DNA of 63,975 nucleotides, filler included, from Sanchytrium tribonematis (taxonomy: Eukaryota): NCBI GenBank assembly GCA_018985235.1. It is 6 parts of 6 records of this genome, joined end to end, with 100 filler letters (N's around TTAATTAATTAA, not from the genome) between each part and the next. Parts side by side here need not be neighbours in the genome. Positions count along the whole stretch, not along the records: positions 1 to 31,136 come from JADGIG010000050.1; 5 more parts are not named here. One strand, written 5' to 3'. The notes beneath the pieces are model-generated. The model did not search any database and was not told the DNA's origin. It saw only the letters and a list, made by a program, of their open reading frames with translations. Made by a program: the position numbers and the translations under genes. Within the stretch, counting starts at the first letter, position 1; every line of letters begins with the position of its first letter. Shown in pieces: positions 10,601-19,428 of the stretch.

Positions 10601-12169
10601 TTGTAAACCCGCTTTGCTATAAGCTTTAAATTCATCAACGCTACTATCACTAATGGTGGGCAGCTGGGGCACTTTAAAAAATTGTGTCAAATTGTAAACC
10701 GTGCTTGGCTGAAAAATAACAACTAAAGCGGACGTATGAATGGACAAATCACTTGGAGTTTGCCTGTTTGGATCATATTTGTATTTCATTTCCAAAAGTT
10801 GCTCATTGGTGTCTTGAAGATTTGCCACCTTACCAGCAATCATTTTCTCTCTATAAGGGGTTACCATCATTGGATACTTGTTATTTTCTGTAAAATTGTC
10901 TATAACACCCATATCCATAAGAGTCACTTTAGCATCAATAATGTGATTCGCGTAATCTAGATCAAAAATAAAATTTCGACAATTGACTTCAAATGCCTTG
11001 TTATCTTGAATTAATTTCATCTTGAAAGTGATGATGTTAAAAGTGGCCTTGATCTTTTTTGCAGATGGTGGTTCGGCCTGTCTGGGATTCTTTGCAGCTG
11101 CCTTGTCTTTAGTAATGTCTGTAACGAGTGGCTGTGCTCCACTTATCCAAGCCAACCAACCTTGTGGCTCGGGATGTTGTCTACGCTGTAATTCAATATC
11201 AGCTTTAACCATATCTCTTATCCACAATATGACATCAGTGTCCATGACAGTTTCTAACAACTTTAATTGCTCAGCATCAAAGGCCAAATTTTGAGCCTTA
11301 TTTGTCCACAACTTTGAATAAGCTCTCCAGCGATCTCTAAAAAGCTTCATATTGTTGAAGTCCCACTCTTTCCTTTTCTTGTTAATCTTATGTGTCACTG
11401 TGACAAGGTAGTAAGTCCACCACTTCCTCGCGTTTCCTTTTATAGGTACCATCGGCCTTTCTTGAACAAATGGTTGAGCCTGTTTTAAAAACATCATATG
11501 TAAATGTTCTGTTATTCTCATTAACTCTACGTAAAAGTCTCTGGGTAATTTAAGATTAATGTCAGGCAGAGAAATATCCAAAGAATAGTCTTTAGTAATT
11601 CCCATTGTACCACTAGCATGAACGGGTTCTAAAATCATAATCTCTTCGTCTTTATATTTCATTTTAATAGAAAGGCCTTCCAAAGCTAATAATTTTCTTT
11701 CGTCGCTCGAATTCACGATGGCTAGTCTACTCAATTCTATTATGATAATAGATTTGCCGCTTCTAAACTCAATATATATTTTGTTAATATCAATGTGAAT
11801 ATTGTTGACTACATTCATCATCATGCCACTCAAGTAACCAGGTTGCTGTGGTTTTTGCATCATTTCGTGAGTATTAAGCGTATCAATCTTTTTTTGCTTC
11901 AATTCTTCATTTGAAACTTTTTTGATTGTAAATTCGTCAGCGACGACCATCTGCAAATCTTCTAAAATGATCTTGATGGGATTGCCGATATGCGCTTCGA
12001 AATTTTTAACGGATCCATCTACCAGCCTCAAGGGAGATAAAACATTTGGCTTGAGCTGAATATTTTTTAGTTTGATTTCACCTTGCATAAGTCCAAAACT
12101 AAGATCATTAATACTTAAAAAATCACCCAAAATTCGCTGTATAAGAGAAGTAATTGTAGATTCCAACAT
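4646..12169 (-). CDS. VPS13: Vacuolar protein sorting 13 (chorein-family bridge lipid-transfer protein), intron-less, 2507 aa
   Basis: Chorein-N start (MLESTITSLIQRILGDFL), KGNARKWWTY, LQVDNQL, C-terminal VGSVDMLGNPIKLF, KPIEGAQQNGIEGLFKGIGQG, RIRYPRFI. Confidence 0.93.
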   Translation of the reverse strand: MLESTITSLIQRILGDFLSINDLSFGLMQGEIKLKNIQLKPNVLSPLRLVDGSVKNFEAHIGNPIKIILEDLQMVVADEFTIKKVSNEELKQKKIDTLNTHEMMQKPQQPGYLSGMMMNVVNNIHIDINKIYIEFRSGKSIIIIELSRLAIVNSSDERKLLALEGLSIKMKYKDEEIMILEPVHASGTMGITKDYSLDISLPDINLKLPRDFYVELMRITEHLHMMFLKQAQPFVQERPMVPIKGNARKWWTYYLVTVTHKINKKRKEWDFNNMKLFRDRWRAYSKLWTNKAQNLAFDAEQLKLLETVMDTDVILWIRDMVKADIELQRRQHPEPQGWLAWISGAQPLVTDITKDKAAAKNPRQAEPPSAKKIKATFNIITFKMKLIQDNKAFEVNCRNFIFDLDYANHIIDAKVTLMDMGVIDNFTENNKYPMMVTPYREKMIAGKVANLQDTNEQLLEMKYKYDPNRQTPSDLSIHTSALVVIFQPSTVYNLTQFFKVPQLPTISDSSVDEFKAYSKAGLQFAIETHRQLNIDFTLSAPCILIPNNDIFMAVNMGILQVNSKLTSFKDEDLNKQKEEELLGMIYDHYIFGLQGIQFGYHTDINKALNAAMNDDVKSCNILNPSTLKVDFQKAIINVDKAPEYKMNIDLDKIEVHMSPLKLKYLLMFEKLFEIENAKSPNIDVEEQKSKLPKFDINFKIQSFICHFDREEKILNIEKYSFVSLDEFEILIQNSNEIHIYPKMASLQLKLNDHVLACPFKPSGTILTGEIRYSLENNDFKSDLVCEGIHFDMTYLVLQDLFKYLKQYQIDSKKATGESKNALKGALNTTVKDVKLTFSEPDRIIETFFFKASGFKLDVKLDEVTKIQIDLDKFIMMFDEFYLMDNPNEGLLQCKLEVGKENIDINGHFNKSKIYVTPELMTSLSILMRFVDLFGDEKSASDSDSSDGEKTKYGLNFDFKSPSFVIPIDSSEFTLDFGLLSIANQEDELNKFFVKMNGAQTYNQKLTLFREELQATIDLSITPLMIAVELGPTKLMMNHDVYVNFMHLLDVLPAISEQLNNPHQKKETNDDEMKFKLGVKDLELQLLTENETCELFLEDLKMLLTMTKKMEILLTLDKLKGTHLDSVFIENKGKLLNLKYVSDEGTMIDVDMNEMTAYLDTVLYLNILDIFTLPTPTNSSQESVPEASKGDSALSGLLLNWHDFKLVLNEHMTLTFDQFTTDQNEKSFQLSALNIQCLIDDHQVFRDFNIILNLSDKYTISIPNILLDLNVSELLMIQNTVTHEYALYSEHTTESQGPATKTVLAVIVDKVHCTINDNVNGYQFPLFQIGSSCQLEATMTSYIKAQLNLSLDLAIFNPSIWSFEPFIESTEFNLTMDDNKIFLSNEKLLNINVSPNLVRGLFDIQKLLTTDVKTTNAPFMLYNQIGSPITVSSDLFSKYVLEVIDKSELLLNTYTESIYMQLNLKYKDNPIEIQNIIINKDKKHLIELVSHGVSKAYLIINIMTVNHHKQIYIQTPYYYTNKTSDPVDILLTKRTITIKPMETICIPLDHVEDRLKFKLNAPSLHVIYWKDYLQGQTRAIEFTNHQYLITHCQFDKFTVERCKYPIFKCILSAPITIYNELPFPIGIQLKINSKIHFYNCDKVTSVYDGLFHDPFSMKLSCETFGVSTDLILIDYVHTNASVHFNGQQAFRANLKINYNDEQGGVVEIRIKSNYQIVNQTDDALSISNSHDRLYLEAGQKSILSQNRVQLQLGKVISPYFTMNNGIHGELKLKNDKVHIYGIYMEDNILYITSRYIFFNHSDIQVNMVHDKDIFSIPAKGSSIYYQLTNDSPLFILYDQPFHANTINEYYIPYNDDLFLLKIKLINGQFQIHLSMIHEYPYQFQNHTDYNLEIICDRQKYSVKPKTNLDFTANDEKSMIISYKESSKQIDVNEFLNTSMMLDNQIFHISSLQEQHKHVISLGQENDQMIASPKTLKMDIHSPLYQFRVHFRSIGISFVQEYSELLYVIARGIQFDFDITHYLYNLSLMIKYLQVDNQLLDAVNPVMVYPSIQQQDVNLITIKAMVYKENIYFVKLLSLALQETSIDMEMDHLMMLIGYFNDLMKYAPESKPNETEQEPSMMYMELFQINPMLLHVSFEKGESGNVLNALSAFINVHDAEIKLNALIMEKIHGNFDVISNQLVEHYTQSGMSQLYKVVGSVDMLGNPIKLFTNISSGVLSIFYEPYLGIINENPEEIISGLAKGTEMFVKKTVFGFTDSFTKITTTLGKGLGSITLDQEYLKHRRITKNRNKPKHALDGFGKGAKMLGKSVASGISGIVDKPIEGAQQNGIEGLFKGIGQGLLGAISKPLVGLTDMATSIGEGIKSTTTDEDTIERIRYPRFIGKSEPIIPYAPDKSEAQYILRVCDNEKYYDDYYIIHYTTKNHLLMLILSDSHILLTGRKVFKTNWCEKIEDVGICYCNSNNVIIMSVGGRTNTVEFESAKKAEEIAKELQDKLDQVKTMKKSKLVY

Positions 12170-12374
12170 TTCTTTCTTGTGTCAAAATTCCTCCCTGTTT
12201 AAAAAACATTGCAGATATTTAAATTTAGCGAACATATGGTCAAATTCTACACCAGTTTGAAAAACACTTGTAAGAATTGGAAAAATATCAGCAATTTATT
12301 ACACAAACGATTAAATCTAATTGTACTTGGGACTAGAACTTAACTGCACTAAAGTTTTTAAAACATCCTCCAGA

Positions 12375-13583
12375 ATGCCAAAGGTTGCAATAATTGGCGC
12401 GGGACCTGCTGGATTGACTCTTTTAAATATATTACAGAAGAAGAACATTGAAGCTGTTTTATTTGAGCGAGAAAAGACACTGAACAAGAGAGGTGGAACA
12501 TTAGATATCCACTCAGATTCAGGTCAATTGGCTTTGAAAGCGGCTGGTCTTTATGAAGGTTTTAAATTGAAAAGTCGCTCAGAAGGACTAGAATTTAAAC
12601 AGCTTGATAGCAAAGGTAGACCAATTCAGGTGTTTGAGTTTGGACCACCAATTTTAAGTTTCTTTGGCATTCTATACTATTTTGCTTTGCAGCCAATGGC
12701 TTATGTCGCCAGAAATTTTATTAAAATCTTGCTTTGTACATTATCTACTGTTGGAGTGAATCCAAATTGGATTTCCGCGTTAATAATGCATGAAAGTCGA
12801 CCCGAAATTGATCGATCAGATTTACAAGAGTTGCTTTTGTCAAATCTTTCTAAAGTAGCCATTTATTGGGATAGTAAAGTGATATCCATTCGATCTGATC
12901 AAGATGGTCGCTATGTTGTGTTGGAAAATAGTTCAAAAGAAACACAAGAGAAGGGGCCATTTGATCTTATAGTTGGTGCTGATGGTACTTGGTCCAAGAC
13001 TCGACTCAACTTAACAAAGCAATTGCCAGAATACACTGGTGTAAGTTTTGTTCAATGTTTTTTGTATAACGTTGACTCAAAACATCCCAATATGTCGAAA
13101 ATTGTAGGCAATGGCAGCGCGTTTATTTTCGGAAGAAAAAAGTTCATAACTGCTCAAAGACTGACTTCTGGTGGGATAATTGTATATTTGGGCTTTCAAG
13201 AAGACGAATACTTTTTAAAAAATTCTAATATTCCCTTTAATGAATCTGCCATTGCAAAGTCATTCTTACTAAAATATTTCGAAGACTTTGCTCCATTTTT
13301 GGACTTAATTGATAGTTCAGATTCAGAGTTCGCTCCTCTGCCAATATATCACTTTCCTGTCAATTTTCAATGGGAGCATCAACCGGGTATCACGCTAATT
13401 GGCGATGCAGCTCATGTTATGTCTCCATTTGGCGGCGAAGGAGTCAATATGGCTTTAGTTGATGCTCTTGATCTTTCAAATTCTTTGGATGATGTGATGG
13501 CATTCGAAGACAAAATGTTTAAACGTGCACGAGTTGCAGCCAAAGATACTCTCGACAATTTAAATACAATATTAAATCGATAA
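12375..13583 (+). CDS. FAD-dependent monooxygenase, TetX-like family
   Basis: GAGPAG, GGTLDIH..SGQLALKAAGL, RPEIDR, VGADG, LIGDAAHVMSPFGGEGVNMALVDA. ATG at 12375. Confidence 0.88.
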   Translation: MPKVAIIGAGPAGLTLLNILQKKNIEAVLFEREKTLNKRGGTLDIHSDSGQLALKAAGLYEGFKLKSRSEGLEFKQLDSKGRPIQVFEFGPPILSFFGILYYFALQPMAYVARNFIKILLCTLSTVGVNPNWISALIMHESRPEIDRSDLQELLLSNLSKVAIYWDSKVISIRSDQDGRYVVLENSSKETQEKGPFDLIVGADGTWSKTRLNLTKQLPEYTGVSFVQCFLYNVDSKHPNMSKIVGNGSAFIFGRKKFITAQRLTSGGIIVYLGFQEDEYFLKNSNIPFNESAIAKSFLLKYFEDFAPFLDLIDSSDSEFAPLPIYHFPVNFQWEHQPGITLIGDAAHVMSPFGGEGVNMALVDALDLSNSLDDVMAFEDKMFKRARVAAKDTLDNLNTILNR

Positions 13584-13584
13584 T

Positions 13585-15114
13585 TTATTCATAATTAACC
13601 CATATATTTTTGTCGACCATTTCATTCATTACCTGCCAATGGTCAAATTGCTGATCAAAAGAATGATCATTTAGGTCAGTGGAAATGTCAGTGAGAACCA
13701 CATCTGGTACTAAATCTAGCATGACTTTAAATTCATTCATTCTCTCCAAAAACATGGTCCGCATTTTGGAATTTAAAGCATCTTCTGTATTGTAACTACG
13801 GTATTCAATAGGGAAATTCGTGCAGTAAAGAACTATGTTTTGCACATACTCTATGTCTAATGTGCCATCTCTATATCCATCAATATATTTGAAATGTTGC
13901 GCTAATGTAGAATATAATAGTCTAAGTGGAGCATCCTTACCGGGAACCAAATGGCTCACCAAGTTGACTGTCAATATACCATTGTCCTTTAATTTTCTCT
14001 TTGTCAAGGCAAAGAATTCAGTACTAAATAAAAATGAAGGAGAACTGCCGCCAGTGAAAACATCGTGACACAAATAGTCGATCGAATTGTCCTTTAATGA
14101 TTCTAAAAACTCCCTACCACCCTTAGATATTGTCTCTACACCACTTAATCCAAAGTAATTTTTTGCAAAAGAAATGACCACTGGGTCAATATCCACTGCA
14201 TACACTTTATAATCCAGTTTTCCAAAACTGTTGGCGGTCACACCAATACCTACACCAATTGATACAACAATTTTGGTATCAATTCCAGGTCTATTTATCA
14301 ACCTACTGAATTCATGAAAATAAAAACTACCCCATATGCAGTCTCCATTTCTGTACTGTCCACCAATGAGCGAATGGCCTGCACGTAAAGTGGTCATATC
14401 ATATTTTGGGTGATATAACACCTGAATTGCTCCAGTGTTGCTATAAGTAGAAGCTCTCAATATTATTTCAGAAGTTAAAATCCGAGGTATCACAATAGCC
14501 AAACATGATGCAAGAATTGGAATCAAAATTAAAATTCCATTAAAAATATATCGAACAGAATCGTCGCTTGTTTTGATTTTTAACTGGGTTTTTTGCTTAG
14601 ATTTAATAACTTTTGTGGGCTTAGATAAATAGTCCCACCACAAGGGACTAAAGAAAATGGGTAGTAAATGGAGGTATATTGGATTGAGTTCCATGGTAAT
14701 TGATAAACCCAAAGTATAAAATGCGATGTATAGAAGCTTGTTTCTTACCATGAACGCACTCAATATATAATGTAATACGAATAAAACGAATTGAAGAATT
14801 AACATTCCAAATATTCCTCTTGGGTTGTCTTCAGGTTCAGTCATGTCCATAAGAAAATATCCTGTGAATTTTATGATTGGAAACATAAAAATGAAGAGAA
14901 GATATTTCTTCCACTTGCTGCCATTTGACTTTATTGCTAAGAATGGCAATATTAATAATCCATAAAATATTGGTTTGGGAACTTTGAATATAAAATGGCC
15001 AAACGATGAATGAAAATTCGACAAATTGCCGTACATTGGGTTTAAGTAAGTAGAAAAGAGTGATGGCAAAAGGCCATCGAGTAGTCCAAGACTTGATGAA
15101 ATGAGACGATGCAT
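13585..15114 (-). CDS. Membrane-anchored spermidine-synthase-like SAM-dependent methyltransferase-fold protein
   Basis: N-terminal multi-TM region, then IGVGIG, VDIDPVV, HDVFTGG motifs. Confidence 0.75.
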   Translation of the reverse strand: MHRLISSSLGLLDGLLPSLFSTYLNPMYGNLSNFHSSFGHFIFKVPKPIFYGLLILPFLAIKSNGSKWKKYLLFIFMFPIIKFTGYFLMDMTEPEDNPRGIFGMLILQFVLFVLHYILSAFMVRNKLLYIAFYTLGLSITMELNPIYLHLLPIFFSPLWWDYLSKPTKVIKSKQKTQLKIKTSDDSVRYIFNGILILIPILASCLAIVIPRILTSEIILRASTYSNTGAIQVLYHPKYDMTTLRAGHSLIGGQYRNGDCIWGSFYFHEFSRLINRPGIDTKIVVSIGVGIGVTANSFGKLDYKVYAVDIDPVVISFAKNYFGLSGVETISKGGREFLESLKDNSIDYLCHDVFTGGSSPSFLFSTEFFALTKRKLKDNGILTVNLVSHLVPGKDAPLRLLYSTLAQHFKYIDGYRDGTLDIEYVQNIVLYCTNFPIEYRSYNTEDALNSKMRTMFLERMNEFKVMLDLVPDVVLTDISTDLNDHSFDQQFDHWQVMNEMVDKNIWVNYE

Positions 15115-15168
15115 GAAAAATTAATTTTATTTAATAAAATCAATCGCCAATCTCTGATGAGCTACCTC

Positions 15169-16668
15169 TTATTCTTGCGGATCTTCGACATTATTGACCC
15201 AAGGTAATAAGGTTTGAAGTAGACCCTGGAGTGGATTTACATCGCTTCTCAAATTTGTGTGTTGTCCAAATAATTGTTTCTGCTGATCTAGCTGCGTCTT
15301 CAAATATTGCCCATAGCGCCCAAGTACTGGTGGTAATGGATCATGCGGTTGAGCAGAGTTTCTCAATTCGTTTGGAATGTATTTGAACAAATCATAATCC
15401 ATAATTATGGAGTGCCTGTATGCACTTTGTGGAATAAGCAAGGGTTCGGGTTCTTTAACAACATTTAGGGTCTTGAAAGTATCTAAGTATCTATCATGTA
15501 TCTTTTTTAGCCAATTAGAATTTTTCTGATCCGTCCACAACTTAGAATGCAATTGACCACTTAATTCAGCCAATAAGTCACTAACCTCTAGTCCTGCCAA
15601 TTTTTTACCGATTGAAGGATATTTTTGAAATGCCTTTAACAAAACATCATCCGCTTTAGAATCTTCTTGTATAAAATAGGACAAAGCTACCGAATAGAGC
15701 AAATTAGGATAACTGTCCAAATTATCAAAATTTTGAGCAAAAGATTGTAGCCAGTCATATTGCTTTGCCATAATTGCCTGGAAATCTATGATTCCAATTG
15801 CGTATAAAGGATCACTTGAATCCAGTTTTGCAAGAAATTTAGTCAATTCGAAACTAGCATTCCAACATCCCTTTCTGTTAACATAATATATGTGTTTCAA
15901 TAATAGTATGAAAAATGTTCTGTTTTCCTCAATATTGTAGTCCAAAGTAAAATTATTATAATTTGCAAATCTTTGTAAAACGTAAAGCCCTCTTTGGACA
16001 AAATCACTCGCCATCTCTACATCAGATGCTTTGTATTGCTCACTGATAAGCAAAAGAGTGTTTAAATGGCCTGAATGTATTTGACTAAGTTGTGCAATAG
16101 ATTGTATATCAGTTGTTACAAAAAAATTTAGAAATTGAAATTCAACCTCGGAATATTGCTTTGAGTGACTGATTTGATAATGATTATTAACAATCTGACA
16201 TAAAAGACCACTAGACTGAACTCTGGCCCAAGCCGGTTTGTTTTGTACAAGGTTTGGTTTCGAAAACCGAGGTTGTGCATTTCCAAAATTACGATTCAAT
16301 TCCGCCTCAAAATTAAAGAGTTTTGCATTGATAGGGAAAAATTCTAAGATTTCTTCATCTGATGATGACTGATTGCTTTCAATATTTTCCCATTGTTGTT
16401 TATCTAATAATTCAGATAGTTGCTTTTCCGACAAGTCATCGATATGCTTTTTGCTAAAGGATTTAGATTGATTCTGGACAATTGGTTCAGGAACTTCAAT
16501 TTCCAGGGAAGATTCTGATTCTTCGCTTGACAAATCATCGTTGTTTAACATTGCAAACGCGTTTACTGTATTTTCTATACTTGAACTACTGTCATCACTT
16601 GAACTTGATATAATTGGCTCTGGATTGCGACTTAGTTTTAGTTGCTTTTTTACTTGACGGCCACTCAT
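15169..16668 (-). CDS. RQC1: Ribosome quality-control subunit Rqc1/TCF25
   Basis: Acidic N-terminus with NAFAML, then HLNTLLLISE, ASDFVQRGLY, ENRTFF, RKGCWNASFELTKFL..LD..DPL. Confidence 0.82.
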   Translation of the reverse strand: MSGRQVKKQLKLSRNPEPIISSSSDDSSSSIENTVNAFAMLNNDDLSSEESESSLEIEVPEPIVQNQSKSFSKKHIDDLSEKQLSELLDKQQWENIESNQSSSDEEILEFFPINAKLFNFEAELNRNFGNAQPRFSKPNLVQNKPAWARVQSSGLLCQIVNNHYQISHSKQYSEVEFQFLNFFVTTDIQSIAQLSQIHSGHLNTLLLISEQYKASDVEMASDFVQRGLYVLQRFANYNNFTLDYNIEENRTFFILLLKHIYYVNRKGCWNASFELTKFLAKLDSSDPLYAIGIIDFQAIMAKQYDWLQSFAQNFDNLDSYPNLLYSVALSYFIQEDSKADDVLLKAFQKYPSIGKKLAGLEVSDLLAELSGQLHSKLWTDQKNSNWLKKIHDRYLDTFKTLNVVKEPEPLLIPQSAYRHSIIMDYDLFKYIPNELRNSAQPHDPLPPVLGRYGQYLKTQLDQQKQLFGQHTNLRSDVNPLQGLLQTLLPWVNNVEDPQE

Positions 16669-17056
16669 GGAATTAGATTGTACGGAAAATATAACACGGA
16701 GAAAACTTGTTAGTTATAATCAATGGAAAAAGTTTATTAGTTGCTATCACTCTTTAGCTCTCTAATATCAGCAATAGTTACTTGAAGCAAAAAAATGGCA
16801 TCCATGGCAAATTAACGTGTCGTCGAATTTGTTTAAATTTTTTGTTTCAATTACTTAACATAAAATTACGCCGGCGGTTTGACAGCAGATAGCAGATTTT
16901 ATCGTAAAATTCTCGTTATTTTCTATTTGATTTGAAAGGGCAATTTGTGTTGCTTGATTTAATCCATCGGGATATTTTAGCACATTTGAACAAAGACAAT
17001 AAGCTTGAATTATTCGGTTCTAAAATTTAACAGATTAAATCAAGACAAAAATAAAT

Positions 17057-17521
17057 TTACTCTGCCAAGGCCATAAGCCTCTTTCGCAAACTTACAATTT
17101 CTGATTTTAGCCATGGTTGCTTTGAGCTTGGTCTACAGTATTCCAATTGCAAATTTTCACCAATTTTACCCTTGATAAGTCCAACTTGCATTGCTTCTAA
17201 TACCAGACTTTCGTCAAGATCTTTCATTGATAAATTCTCGTTATTTCTCATTTTTTCATTTAGGTTGAATGTTAGAGCTAGCAACTTGGTCTTTTGAGAA
17301 ATGATCTCCTTCTTCAGTGAGGACTCTACAATACTGTTCTCCAATATACCTTTAACAACATCATTGTAATGTGGAAATGTTACTACGTCAAAATCGTAAA
17401 ATTTTGGGTGCTCGATTAGATATCCACATACCTCTTTGGACATCATCTCATTATTAGCAATTATTTTGTCTGTTATATCAGAAATTTCTAAAGACGAAAG
17501 ATCTTTTACTGAAAACGTCAT
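17057..17521 (-). CDS. Reduced PCI-domain protein, CSN7/eIF3m-like
   Basis: KTKLLAL...ESLVLEAMQVGLIKGKI resembles the PCI winged helix. Only 154 aa. Confidence 0.55.
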   Translation of the reverse strand: MTFSVKDLSSLEISDITDKIIANNEMMSKEVCGYLIEHPKFYDFDVVTFPHYNDVVKGILENSIVESSLKKEIISQKTKLLALTFNLNEKMRNNENLSMKDLDESLVLEAMQVGLIKGKIGENLQLEYCRPSSKQPWLKSEIVSLRKRLMALAE

Positions 17522-17548
17522 CTCCTTAAATTGTTGAAAATTGTATAT

Positions 17549-18418
17549 TTATTTTTTGCAGTATTCTGCGCCAGGCCCAAAGTCAGATGGCTTGGTGATT
17601 GCATAAAAGTTGAGAGAGTTTGCCTTTTCACAGAAAGCATCTGTCTTCAAGGTTGTTTCCATATCAAAAACTGGTTTCGCCTTACTAATAACCTGAGAAT
17701 AGTTAACACAATTATTCGTCATAAAGCAATTGATGGCAACAGCATAATCAAACGAGTCGATAGCAGCTAACTGAAGCACCGCGTTGTACATTCCAATAAA
17801 TAGACCCTTTGAGTGAGCTTGATCTGCTAACCATTTGGAGTACGAAAATTGGTCATCTAAAGTAATATCTAATCCATTGTCTCTACTATAAACGTTCATG
17901 TCTAAAGGCTCAAATCCGTCACATCCAAAGTCTTCTGCCTTTTGTATAAATTGAGAGACATAGTTTTTAACCGCATCTTCCTTGACATTTAAGGCAAAAA
18001 CGTTGGATTGAATTTCATTTCCCATATATTTCTTGTCTAAAGCAGGCTGTCCCTGTCTCCAGACACCGACAGAATACTGACATAAGACTTTTTTGCCTTT
18101 GGATTGTAATTGTTTAATTAATTCGCCTGAAAACAATGGAATGCTATAAATGGATACGTCCTCGTCCATTTTTATATCACCAGTCTCCTGATGATAGTAG
18201 CTAGCACCAGTATCTGGTTTAAACCAGTCTTTACTATCGGATCCTGGTGATGAAGAGGGTTGACGGTTAATTAGCACAACACATAAAATAAATATAGTGA
18301 CTAAAACAGCGATAATCCCAATCTTTTTCTTGCTTTTATAAAAGACTGGTTTGTATCTTTGCTCCCTCATATCGTATTCATATCCATTGTAAGAACCTTT
18401 GACCGACTCAAATCGCAT
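17549..18418 (-). CDS. GH114 (endo-alpha-1,4-polygalactosaminidase, Ega3-like) fold protein with N-terminal TM anchor; catalytic residues appear substituted
   Basis: WFKP, GKKVLC, GCDGFEP, WLADQAHSKGLFIG, FDYAV..NC, KPVFDME. First in-frame ATG at 18418. Confidence 0.8.
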   Translation of the reverse strand: MRFESVKGSYNGYEYDMREQRYKPVFYKSKKKIGIIAVLVTIFILCVVLINRQPSSSPGSDSKDWFKPDTGASYYHQETGDIKMDEDVSIYSIPLFSGELIKQLQSKGKKVLCQYSVGVWRQGQPALDKKYMGNEIQSNVFALNVKEDAVKNYVSQFIQKAEDFGCDGFEPLDMNVYSRDNGLDITLDDQFSYSKWLADQAHSKGLFIGMYNAVLQLAAIDSFDYAVAINCFMTNNCVNYSQVISKAKPVFDMETTLKTDAFCEKANSLNFYAITKPSDFGPGAEYCKK

Positions 18419-18470
18419 TTCAAGGGGTTCTCCATAAATGTTTTTGTGTTCAATCACAAGGTCTAAATCA

Positions 18471-19385
18471 TCAAAACAAATTTATTGAAGCAAAAATCAG
18501 CACAAAATATATGGAATACAGTATAGCAGAGCTTTGGTTAGACTTTTTGTCTTTTTCATACGAGTTCTCATCTGGAGAATTTACTACGGGATTTGATTTT
18601 ATTTGGCTTTTAAAATCCTTTGCGTTACTGTTACTTGGCATAGTACAGTTATCCCAATATGGACTTACATCAAAGCACTCTTCCAATTTCACTATTTTTA
18701 CATTTGAGGAGTTAGCCAAATCATTTATAAACGATATGGTGTAAATATTAAAGCTGTCTGAAAATTCATTATGAATGGAAATGAAATCAGAACTTGCTGT
18801 CAAGTCTTCTTTGTATCGATCTTGAACTGCCACCAAAGAGCTGTGATAATCCTGAGTGTCTTTAGAATACATAAAAGGCACAAAATTGTTAATTAAAATG
18901 GTCTGACGTTCGGCTTCTTTCTCTTGCATAGAAGCTTCGGAGTCTGGCATTAAAATCGGACTTAAAATGTATTTTGGCACAACTCCCAAATTCCGAAGAA
19001 ATAACTTCTTGTTACTTTCTAGTTCTGTGGCAGAAGTCTTAATTGCGAAATTATGCAGGTCTAAGGCAATTAATGATACTAGATTCCAGTCAGTAACTTT
19101 TGATGGTGTCAATACAAAAGTAATTTTCAAGTCAAATTTTTTTAATGCACCTAAAATCTCTTGGGTCCTACTACCTGGATCAACATAAATTGCTATGGCG
19201 ATTTTTCCAGAATTAATGCATTTTGAATAATCAGAGTCTTTTTGAATGCATGTGCTATTTTTCATATTGACAGGCACTCTTCTGTTCTTTTCGTTGTTTT
19301 TGTGTGTTTCTAAGTCAATTAAGACATAGCCAATAATGCAAACAGATATTAACGTCAATCTAAAAAGGTTTAACTCGGGGAACAT
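18471..19385 (-). CDS. Degenerate CE4/NodB polysaccharide deacetylase-like surface protein, paralog 1
   Basis: C...GKIAIAIYVDPG, ILGALKKFDLKITFVL, FISIH, IVKLEEC...PY. N-terminal hydrophobic anchor and GPI-like C-terminus. Confidence 0.72.
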   Translation of the reverse strand: MFPELNLFRLTLISVCIIGYVLIDLETHKNNEKNRRVPVNMKNSTCIQKDSDYSKCINSGKIAIAIYVDPGSRTQEILGALKKFDLKITFVLTPSKVTDWNLVSLIALDLHNFAIKTSATELESNKKLFLRNLGVVPKYILSPILMPDSEASMQEKEAERQTILINNFVPFMYSKDTQDYHSSLVAVQDRYKEDLTASSDFISIHNEFSDSFNIYTISFINDLANSSNVKIVKLEECFDVSPYWDNCTMPSNSNAKDFKSQIKSNPVVNSPDENSYEKDKKSNQSSAILYSIYFVLIFASINLF

Positions 19386-19428
19386 CCTTGAATATCTGAC
19401 TAAAAGTTTTGTTTCAGACGTTTGATAT

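Noticed and set aside
4646..12169. Alternative genetic code (TAA/TAG = Gln)
   Set aside because: Long conserved genes are uninterrupted in the standard code and end at TAA/TAG where their families are expected to end.
12375..13583. Calling this a bona fide tet(X) resistance gene or bacterial contamination
   Set aside because: It is embedded among eukaryotic genes with the same composition; the family is broad and substrate cannot be inferred.
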